A DNA stretch of 64,000 bases, from assembly GCA_021798415.1 (NCBI GenBank), contig JAJZGO010000001.1, positions 11,982-75,981 of the forward strand. Reading direction: 5' to 3'. The DNA comes from Thermoplasmata archaeon (GTDB lineage: Archaea > Thermoplasmatota > Thermoplasmata > Lutacidiplasmatales > UBA184). Position numbers and translations under genes: made by a program. The notes below the pieces were generated by a model, which was not told the origin of the DNA, ran no database searches, and worked only from the letters and a program-made list of their open reading frames with translations. Shown here piece by piece: positions 11,262 to 19,232 of this stretch. Position 1 is the stretch's first letter. Every line of letters begins with the position of its first letter.

Positions 11262-11621
11262 ATGATGGCCACCGGTAACGCCACCGCGGTTCTCAGGGAC
11301 TTCAAGACTCGCATCTCCGCGATCGCGACGGCGCTCGTCTCGCTCGACGGGGTCGTCCTCTGCGCCGATGTGCCCCCAGGCGCGTTCGTGGATACGTTCG
11401 CCATCATGTGCGCGACCGTCCTCGGTGCGGCCACGGCCGCGAACATGGAGCTCCGCCGGGCTCCGCCCGAGTTCGTCGCGATCGAGGCGAACGACTCCCG
11501 GACCATCATCGCAGGGTGCGGCGCGAAGGGGCTGCTCGTCGCGATGGTCGACCCCACCAGCGACAGGACGATGGTCCTGCGCGAAGTCGCGAAGTTTGCC
11601 GAGCTCCTCAAGGTGAACTAG
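11262..11621 (+). CDS. Roadblock/LC7 (MglB-like) domain protein
   Basis: 119 aa. The pattern AIATALVSLDGVVLCAD...FAIMCATVLGAATAA...TIIAGCGAKGLLVAMVD is typical of Robl/LC7. Confidence 0.7.
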   Translation: MMATGNATAVLRDFKTRISAIATALVSLDGVVLCADVPPGAFVDTFAIMCATVLGAATAANMELRRAPPEFVAIEANDSRTIIAGCGAKGLLVAMVDPTSDRTMVLREVAKFAELLKVN

Positions 11622-11883
11622 CCCGAGGCTCGGGCCCCCGAACCCGGCGGGGCCTCCTTTCCCGAGACGCGGATCGAAGCCCGATCCTCGGGAGGTTCGA
11701 ACGCGCACGCGGGACCGGTCGAGCTCGCGCCCGCATCCCCCGTGCGTCGATCGCCGGCGGCCGGGCGCGTCCGCCCGTCGTGAAATCGGGACTCGAAGGC
11801 GATTCCGGGACCGACAATTGATAAGAGACACGCCGCTCGTCGGCGGGCCGCGGGACGAGCTCGCGCGGCTAGGCGGGCGGCGG

Positions 11884-13686
11884 ATGGGGCCTCCGGAAGG
11901 AGATCGAGCGAGGGAAGAAGCGGTGAAGGACTGGCGAACGCCCGCCGAGATCGACGACTATCGCAGTACGCCCGACTACTCGACCACCGTCGAGTACCTC
12001 GAGCGAATCGCCTCGGCGTATTCCGGCACGGTCCGCATCGAGAACTTCGGCAAGACCGGCGAGGGCCGCGACCTCAAGATCGTGGTGGCCTCGAAGGATG
12101 GCCTCTTCGACCCGGAGGCGATCCGGGCTTCCGGTCGCGCGATCCTGCTGGTTCAGAACTCCATCCATGCCGGGGAAATGGACGGCAAGGACGCCTGCCT
12201 GTCCCTGCTGCGAGACATCGTGCAGGACGCGAGCCGGGCGATGCTCCTCGAGAACGTGGTCCTCGTCTTCATTCCGGTGTACAACATCGACGGCCATGAG
12301 CGGCGGTCGGCCCACAGTCGCATCAATCAGAACGGCCCCGCGCTCGCCGGCTGGCGCGCCAACGCCACCAACCTCAACCTGAACCGCGACTACATGAAGG
12401 CCGACGCGCCCGAGACGCGCGCCTTTCTCCGGATGTTCCAACGGTGGATGCCGGATTTCTTCGTGGACAATCACGTCACGGACGGCGCCGACTTCCAGTA
12501 CGACGTCACGTTCGCCCTGGACGTCACGCCCGACGTCTTTCCGGCGACCGCCGAATGGCTCCGCGACTCGGTCCGCCCGGAGCTGGTGCGTCGAGTGAAC
12601 GCGGCCGGTCATCTTGCGTTCCCCGGCCCGATCTTCTTGAACGACGAAACCGACCCCTCGCAAGGTCTGGCGTTCCACGACAATCCGCCACGATTCTCGA
12701 CCGGGCAGATGATCCTCGAGAACCGCCCGGGCCTACTGGTCGAGCTCCACATGCTGAAGGACTACAAGACCCGCGTCACTGGGGACTACGAGGTCCTCCG
12801 AGCGTTGCTGGAGGTGCTGAACCAGAGCTCGGCCGCTCTGATCGCTCTGAACCGAGAGGCCGACCGGGCCGCCGCAGCCCTCGGGTCGGAGGGATCGCGC
12901 CGTGCGCCGTTCCCCCTCTGCCTCGAGAGGAGCGGCGAGACGACGTCCGTGCCGTTCCGGGGTTACGGTTTCGTGCGCGGATTCAGCGAGGCTTCCGGCA
13001 CGCTGGCGATTCGCTACGAATCCAAGCCCCGGGAGATGACGCTGCCCATGGACGTGGGTGCCAGGGTGGCCGTTTCGGTCACGCTGCCCGTCGGGTACAT
13101 CATCCCCCCGCAGTGGACCCACGCGATCGACGTTCTGGAGATCCACGGTGTGACGCTCCAGCGAACGACGGCCGCGTGGACGGGGAAGGTCGAGCGGTAC
13201 CGTTGCTCGGGGATGCGGTGGCCGGCGAAGCCGTTCGAAGGCAGGTACCCGATCCTGCGCGGGGGAAACGTCGAGCGCAAGATCGGTGAATTCGGGAAGT
13301 GCACGATGAGCACCGAAACCCTCACCTTCCCCCCGGGATCGGCGGTGGTACCCCTCAACCAGAGGCTTTCCAAGGTCGCTGTCCACTGGCTGGAGCCGGA
13401 GGCGCCCGACTCCGCGCTTCGTTGGGGGTTCTTCGATCCGATCTTCGAGCAGAAGGAGTCGGGAGAAGCCTACGTCCTGGAAGCGCTGGCTCGGGAGGAG
13501 ATGGGCAGGAGTCCTGGCTTGAGAGCCGATTTCGAACACCGGGTCGAGACGGACCCGACCTTCGCGGGCGACCCGAACGCGCGTCTCGCGTACTTCTACG
13601 ATCGTTCGCCCTGGGGGTTGGCCAACCGGATCGGCGATTATCCGGTAGGCCGTCTGGTCTCGCTCGCCAACCTGCCGGTGAGCTAG
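11884..13686 (+). CDS. M14-family metallocarboxypeptidase-like protein
   Basis: LLVQNSIHAGEMDGKDA (HxxE zinc motif), NLNRDY, and length of about 600 aa. Start is uncertain (TTG 11818 in the track, ATG 11884 used here). Confidence 0.65.
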   Translation: MGPPEGDRAREEAVKDWRTPAEIDDYRSTPDYSTTVEYLERIASAYSGTVRIENFGKTGEGRDLKIVVASKDGLFDPEAIRASGRAILLVQNSIHAGEMDGKDACLSLLRDIVQDASRAMLLENVVLVFIPVYNIDGHERRSAHSRINQNGPALAGWRANATNLNLNRDYMKADAPETRAFLRMFQRWMPDFFVDNHVTDGADFQYDVTFALDVTPDVFPATAEWLRDSVRPELVRRVNAAGHLAFPGPIFLNDETDPSQGLAFHDNPPRFSTGQMILENRPGLLVELHMLKDYKTRVTGDYEVLRALLEVLNQSSAALIALNREADRAAAALGSEGSRRAPFPLCLERSGETTSVPFRGYGFVRGFSEASGTLAIRYESKPREMTLPMDVGARVAVSVTLPVGYIIPPQWTHAIDVLEIHGVTLQRTTAAWTGKVERYRCSGMRWPAKPFEGRYPILRGGNVERKIGEFGKCTMSTETLTFPPGSAVVPLNQRLSKVAVHWLEPEAPDSALRWGFFDPIFEQKESGEAYVLEALAREEMGRSPGLRADFEHRVETDPTFAGDPNARLAYFYDRSPWGLANRIGDYPVGRLVSLANLPVS

Positions 13687-14034
13687 GGTCCCCCCTACTC
13701 GCGGACGGCTTGGGGGCCGGCAGGTTCGCTGAGCCCCGATCCGGATTTCGGCCGCCTCGGGAGTCTAGCGACCGACCGGTGAAGCGCGCCCACCTCCCCT
13801 CCCAGAAGTCCGTTGCTCGGAGATGGGTCGACGCGGCGGACGGGCAGGCCTCGTTCGAACCCCACCGAACTCGGAGGCGGTCGCTACGAGCGAGGGCCCT
13901 CGACGGAAGGGTTACGTCGGGGCTCTCCTCATCCAGAGGGACCTTCGGGTCCCCGTGGAGCGGGAGCCGGGAGCGTACCGGTCTTCTCTCGGAGCCCGTA
14001 TTAACCAACCGAGCCGTTCGCGGTCTCGAGCGGA

Positions 14035-15003
14035 ATGGCCGAACGAGTCACCCTCAACGAGATCCGAGCCGCTCGGGAGCGTATCGCCACTACCGTTCTG
14101 CGATCGCCCATAGTCCCATGGCAGGGTCCCCCCGGCCGAGCGAAGATGATCTACCTCAAGCTCGACAACCTGCAACCCACGGGGTCGTTCAAGGTGCGGG
14201 GCGCGGGCAATTCGCTCGCCGTTGCCGCGGAAAGAGGATCGGTCCCGGGCGTCTACACAACGAGCGCCGGAAACATGGCCCAGGCGCTCGCGTGGCACGC
14301 CCGACGACTCGGCATACCCTGTACCGCGATCGTGCCGGAGACCGCCCCCGAGATCAAGCTGGCCGGGATCCGCCGCCACGGCGCGAAGATCATCCAGCTG
14401 CCGTGGGAGGGCGTCTGGGATGTCATGACGGAAGGGCGATACGAACCCCTGCGGGAGCTGCTCTACGTCCCGCCGTTCAACAGCGATGAGATGATCGCTG
14501 GGAACGGCACGGCCGGCTTGGAGATCTTCGAGGACCTCCCCGAGACCAAGAGGGTCTACGTCCCCCTCGGAGGAGGGGGTCTCATCGCGGGAGTCGCCGC
14601 CGCGTTACGGGCATTGGGGCCGCAGATCGAGGTGGTCGCCTGTGAATCGGAGGCCGCCGCTCCTTTTGCCGCCTCCCTCAGGGCGGGGAAGGCGACGGAA
14701 GTGACCCGAACCCCGAGCTTTGTGGACGGAATCGGCGCCCGAAACGTCCTGCCCGAGATGTGGGACCGTCTCTTCGGGCTGGTGAGGAGCTCTCGAGTCC
14801 TCAAACTGGAGCAGATCGCCTCGGCCGTCCGGCACTGCTTCGAGTACCACCACATCGTCGTCGAGGGCGCCGGGGCCGCGTCGGTCGCCGCCGCCCTATC
14901 GGATCCGGATCCGGGAGGACCCGCCGTCGCACTTGTGTCGGGCGGCAACCTCGACGCGGCGAAGCTGGTGGCAATTCTTCAGGGACACGTCCCAGGGGCG
15001 TAG
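14035..15003 (+). CDS. PLP-dependent threonine/serine dehydratase-like enzyme (no ACT domain)
   Basis: LQPTGSFKVRGA (PLP lysine motif), GNMAQALA, and GGGGLIAGV glycine loop. Confidence 0.8.
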   Translation: MAERVTLNEIRAARERIATTVLRSPIVPWQGPPGRAKMIYLKLDNLQPTGSFKVRGAGNSLAVAAERGSVPGVYTTSAGNMAQALAWHARRLGIPCTAIVPETAPEIKLAGIRRHGAKIIQLPWEGVWDVMTEGRYEPLRELLYVPPFNSDEMIAGNGTAGLEIFEDLPETKRVYVPLGGGGLIAGVAAALRALGPQIEVVACESEAAAPFAASLRAGKATEVTRTPSFVDGIGARNVLPEMWDRLFGLVRSSRVLKLEQIASAVRHCFEYHHIVVEGAGAASVAAALSDPDPGGPAVALVSGGNLDAAKLVAILQGHVPGA

Positions 15004-15332
15004 GCCCTCGTGCGAGCCGGTGGCCGCCCGAAGGGATGTCGACCCCGGCGCGGCTGCCCGACGGCACCGCAGGTTGAGCGTCGTTGGGCTCATCCCTGTC
15101 TTCCAACGACTCTTGCGCCTTGGTCGAACGGGTCGTGCGCCCACTGTGCCCGGGCGAACCCGCCGGCACGAGCATCCGTCGCGACCCGATCGGACGTTGC
15201 CGGTCAAGGTTCCCTCGTCCGCGCCGACCTCAAGTGCGCGGCTCGGCGCCGGGCACGGGTCCCGGCCAGTACGAACGGCCTTCGAACACTCCATATCGAA
15301 GCTCCCCTCTCGCACCGAGCGGCGACCCCCCG

Positions 15333-15620
15333 ATGAGCGCGTACTTTGTCCTACAGATCGAGTGGACGAGCGATGAGGCCCGGAAGTCCTACATCCGCGG
15401 ACTGGGGGAAATGATCGAGAAGCACGGAGGAGATTTCCTCCTCGCGTCACGGGACTACCGCGTGGTCGAGGGCGCGTGGAAACCGGGACTCTTCATCGTG
15501 ATCAAGTTCCCCACGATGCAGGGATTGTTGGGTTGGTACGATTCGGAAGAGTACCGTCCCGTGCGTGAGCTCCGTCTCGAGCATTCCCATTCGGACGCGC
15601 TGATAGTGGAAGGGGACTGA
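15333..15620 (+). CDS. DUF1330 domain protein
   Basis: MSAYFVLQIEW...IEKHGGDFLL...VEGAWKPGLFIVIKFPTMQGLLGWYDSEEYRPVRELR is the DUF1330 pattern. The upstream part of the track ORF is non-coding-like. Confidence 0.7.
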   Translation: MSAYFVLQIEWTSDEARKSYIRGLGEMIEKHGGDFLLASRDYRVVEGAWKPGLFIVIKFPTMQGLLGWYDSEEYRPVRELRLEHSHSDALIVEGD

Positions 15621-16262
15621 ACCGGGACGACGCCCGTAGCTCACGCGCCCTTTGAGCCGTAGTGACCGGGGGTTGGGGACACTGGAACCGGCGGGCCGGC
15701 AAGTGGTTGCCGGCTTGTGGCAGCAGTGCAGAAGCAGGGATCGACAGCGACCCCTTCGCACCGGGTACTCGGCGGGCCACGTTACGAACGGGTCGAGAAG
15801 ACTCCGTCCGCCCAGGAACCTTTCACCACTTTCGGAGTGATCGAGCCGTCTGCCTCAACACCGCCTTGGTCATGTGTCGCTGGCCGGTTCGCGTGTGGGC
15901 GGTGCATGCGCAAACCCGGCAATGTCCGTCCGGCCCGTGCAATCGCTTCGGGTGCATGCATCCTGCCGTCTCACAGTCCGTCGTCAAATCGACCTTCCTC
16001 CGAGCCGTTCATGGCGATGTGGTAGGCCGGGAGTGGCTAAAGCGCATGCCCTACCGCCGGGACGTTCCCCGTGGGATCGCCGACGAGCGGCCGGAAGACC
16101 GCAATCGTGACTGCGAACAAGACCGAACCCGGTCTCGCGGCGAAGCCCGTGGCATCACCCCCAGAACCCGAGCGGGCCCTTGCGACGATCCCAAGGGAGG
16201 AAGGACCGCATGGGCCTCACCGACCCGGCCTCGCAGACGGAGGAGTTAACCGGCCGTCCGAC

Positions 16263-17246
16263 ATGAACCACGGCAGGGACCCGAAGGACTCGATGCCGAC
16301 GACCGCCGTTGCCCGAGGCCGCTCCCGCGCGGGGAAGAGGGTCCTCGTGGTCGGTGCCACCGGCTTCCTGGGTCGGTCGGTAGTTCGAGACTTCTCGAGG
16401 GCCGGATACGATGTGCGAGGTCTCGTCCGGGACGCGGCGAAGGGTCCTCGCGTTCAAGAGGACGGAGGAACACCAGTGCTGGGGGACGTCTTGGACGTCC
16501 GGTCGCTCGAAGAAGCCGCGTCGGGTTGCTTCGGAGTGATCCACCTCGCGGCCAACCCACCGGCCGAGAGCGACACGGTCCGGGTCCGCGTGGAGGGCAC
16601 CCGCAATATCGTGGAAGTCGCCAAACGGCGAGGAGTCGAACGCGTGGTGGTTGGTTCCGGTTACTGGGTCTACCGGGGGCAGTCCGAGCTCATCGACGAG
16701 GACTCCCCCGTCGATCCCCGGGGCGAGTCGCGGATCAACTACGATGCCGAGCGGACCGGCATGGCGGCGAACTCGCCCGGAGAGCTCGAAGTGCTCGTCG
16801 TGCGGCCGGGCATGGTCTACGGGAACGGGTCGTGGTTCCAGGGCGTCGCGGAAGCGATCCGGTCCGAGGAGTACCGGGTCGTGGGGGACGGTAATAACCG
16901 GTGGTCCTTCGTGGACCGGTGGGACGCCGGAACCGCGTTCCGCACCGTATTGGAATCGGGCGAGGCTGGAGGAGTTTACAACGTCGTGGACGGACATCCC
17001 GCCACCCTACGAGAGTTCACCGACTTCGTCGCAAAGCAGCTCGGGGTGCCGCCACCGGATTCGATCACGATGGAAGCGGCGGTCCGGGAGTTGGGCGATG
17101 CGGTGGCTCACCATCTCGCAGCGGACCGTCCCGCCTCGAACGGCAAATTACGCCGACTGGGGTGGAGGCCCCGGGTCTCCAGCTATCGGGACGGGATCCC
17201 CGACTTGCTCCGGGAAGTGTTCCCCCGCGACCGTAGAACTCGGTAG
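16263..17246 (+). CDS. NAD(P)-dependent epimerase/dehydratase family protein
   Basis: VLVVGATGFLGRSVVRDFSRAGYDVRGLVR Rossmann motif. Start is ATG 16263 (or 16293). Confidence 0.8.
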   Translation: MNHGRDPKDSMPTTAVARGRSRAGKRVLVVGATGFLGRSVVRDFSRAGYDVRGLVRDAAKGPRVQEDGGTPVLGDVLDVRSLEEAASGCFGVIHLAANPPAESDTVRVRVEGTRNIVEVAKRRGVERVVVGSGYWVYRGQSELIDEDSPVDPRGESRINYDAERTGMAANSPGELEVLVVRPGMVYGNGSWFQGVAEAIRSEEYRVVGDGNNRWSFVDRWDAGTAFRTVLESGEAGGVYNVVDGHPATLREFTDFVAKQLGVPPPDSITMEAAVRELGDAVAHHLAADRPASNGKLRRLGWRPRVSSYRDGIPDLLREVFPRDRRTR

Positions 17247-17582
17247 GGGGCCGGGCCCGCCTCGCGAACTCGCGGTCAGCTTTCGAGCTACCGAGGCCGC
17301 GGTAAAGGGGGTCGCCTCGACCGAGCCTACTGGAATCCCCGACGGAGAACGTCGGGATCCAGCGACTCCACGACGAGATGCGGGCGCATCCCACGATGGC
17401 TCGACCGTTCGGCTCGCTCGTGCACCTCAAGCTCGAGGAGTTCGCGGAGGAAGAACAGCGGATCCTTCGTCGGGGCCCAACGGAGAACGCGCGCATCCGA
17501 GACGCCCATCGTCATCGCCTCCGAGAGGCGGGGTCGTCGTGGGGCCCGTTCGCTGCCCGCGGGTGGGGACCTCCGTCCTCGC

Positions 17583-17683
17583 GTGGATCCATCCGATGGG
17601 GCGGGGATAGGATCCAGGAGATCCGTCGCGCGTCCACGGTTCGGTCTCTGACGGGGAGCGGACCCGGGGGACTGCGACGTACG
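17583..17683 (+). repeat. copy A of a 101-bp imperfect direct repeat
   Basis: 93/101 identical, ungapped, to 19129-19229. Contains two GGATCC sites. Confidence 0.9.
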
Positions 17684-17847
17684 TCCCGGGGTCAGCCCAG
17701 ACACTCGGCCCACCGGGGGTTCGCCTGCCCAGAGGGCGAGGCCATGGGTATCTCAGCCGCGGCCCGACCGCGGGTCGCTGCGAAGTGCCCACCGTTTCAC
17801 GACCTCGCGCAGGTTACATGTAGCCCTGGCGGGCTCGACCCCGGGCC

Positions 17848-18957
17848 ATGCCGGAACTCCCCTCGCAGCTGCACCGAGACGCGGCCCGGAACATCGTGAC
17901 CCGGTACCTCAAGATCCGCCCGGGAGAGAACGCGGTCATCGAGTCGTGGGACCACACGTTGCCGATAGCCACCGCGACGATCGACGAGATCCGTCGTGTG
18001 GGGGGCAAGACCCTCCACATCCACGAGGATGAGGACGCGTGGTGGCGCGCGATCGACCGTAAGCAGAGCAAGCTCCTCGGCAAGGCGAGCGCCCCCGAGT
18101 GGGCGGCATTGAAAGCCGCGGATGTGTACGTCCATTTCTGGGGCCCGGGAGACACCGACCGCATCGAGAAGACTCCGGAGAGGACGTTCGACGAGGCGTT
18201 CGCCTGGTTCTCACCCTGGTACCAGGCCGCCCGGAAGTCCGGGCTTCGCGGTGGCCGGGTGGCCATTGGGTTCGCGACGGAAGGACGGGCCAAGCAGTGG
18301 GGCTTGGACCGAGCGCGATGGGAAGAAAGCATCCTACGCGCGTGCACCACCGACCCGGTGGAGACCGCCAAGAGCGGGGCACGGCTTTACAAGGCCCTCT
18401 CCCGCGGTAAGAAGGTACGGATCACCCACTCCAACGGAACCGACCTTGAGGTCGGTTTGGCCGGGGTTTCTCCGCGATTGCACGACGGGACGCCGCACCC
18501 GCGGGACAAGCGATACGGCCCGAGCGACATGCTGGCGCAGATTCCCGCCGGACGCATCGGCGTGGCCCTCGACTCGACGTCGGCAGAGGGGCGCCTCCAC
18601 GCCAACCGCCGGACCAATATCTGGTGGTACTGGAGCGCCGGCGGAACGTTCGACTTCGTTGACGGCAAGCTTACATCGTATTCCTTCGACAACGGAGAGG
18701 AAGAGTTTGCCCGTCAGTACAAGAAAGGCACGGCGGGCAGGGACCGCACCGGCTCTCTCACCTTCGGGCTAAACCCGGCCGCGAAGGACGTTCCCAACTT
18801 GGAGAACGTCGAGCTCGGCTGCGTCTCCCTGGCGGTCGGGAGGAACCAGCATCTCAACGGCACCAACCGATCGAGCTTCATGAATTGGATCACGCTCGCC
18901 GGCTCAGAGGTTGCGATCGACGGGGCTCCCGTCATCCGAGCCGGAAAGCTAGTCTAG
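17848..18957 (+). CDS. M29-family aminopeptidase (AmpS/PepS/aminopeptidase T-like)
   Basis: 369 aa. N-terminal AARNIVTRYLKIRPGENAVIESWD, and a C-terminal block with LAVGRNQHLNGTN, typical of thermophilic aminopeptidase family M29. Confidence 0.7.
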   Translation: MPELPSQLHRDAARNIVTRYLKIRPGENAVIESWDHTLPIATATIDEIRRVGGKTLHIHEDEDAWWRAIDRKQSKLLGKASAPEWAALKAADVYVHFWGPGDTDRIEKTPERTFDEAFAWFSPWYQAARKSGLRGGRVAIGFATEGRAKQWGLDRARWEESILRACTTDPVETAKSGARLYKALSRGKKVRITHSNGTDLEVGLAGVSPRLHDGTPHPRDKRYGPSDMLAQIPAGRIGVALDSTSAEGRLHANRRTNIWWYWSAGGTFDFVDGKLTSYSFDNGEEEFARQYKKGTAGRDRTGSLTFGLNPAAKDVPNLENVELGCVSLAVGRNQHLNGTNRSSFMNWITLAGSEVAIDGAPVIRAGKLV

Positions 18958-19128
18958 GGCCGCAACCCCGAGCGGTGTTCGCCCTGGGGATCGGAAGGTG
19001 AAGCGGTCGGCGCGTCGGGCCAGGAAATACGCGCTCTTGTTCACGGACGAGAGGCCGGCGGCCCGCGAGGTGATGCGGGCGCATCGGGGAAAGGACTTCG
19101 TGGAAGAGTACTTCCACCGAGATGCGGG

Positions 19129-19229
19129 GTGGATCCGTCCGATGGGGCGGGGATAGGATCCAGGACATCCGTCGCGAGTCCACGGTTCGGTCGCGGACGG
19201 GGGGCGGACCCGGGGGGTTGCGACGTACG
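19129..19229 (+). repeat. copy B of a 101-bp imperfect direct repeat
   Basis: 93/101 identical to 17583-17683. A shared 14-mer GATGCGGGCGCATC also precedes both copies (17376-17389; 19071-19084). Confidence 0.9.
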
Positions 19230-19232
19230 GGC

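Noticed and set aside
13687-14034. tRNA-like GTTCGAACC element and possible ncRNA in the 350-bp gap after the M14 peptidase gene
   Set aside because: No acceptor or anticodon stems can be drawn around the TTCGAA motif. I could not fold any cloverleaf or recognise an Rfam-type signature by eye.
18998-19156. 52-codon ORF (VKRSARRARKYALLFTDERPAAREVMRAHRGKDFVEEYFHRDAGWIRPMGRG) ending inside repeat copy B
   Set aside because: The equivalent region of copy A is in a different frame with an insertion. Only the last 9 codons are shared, so there is no evidence for a conserved protein. It is kept as part of the repeat finding only.
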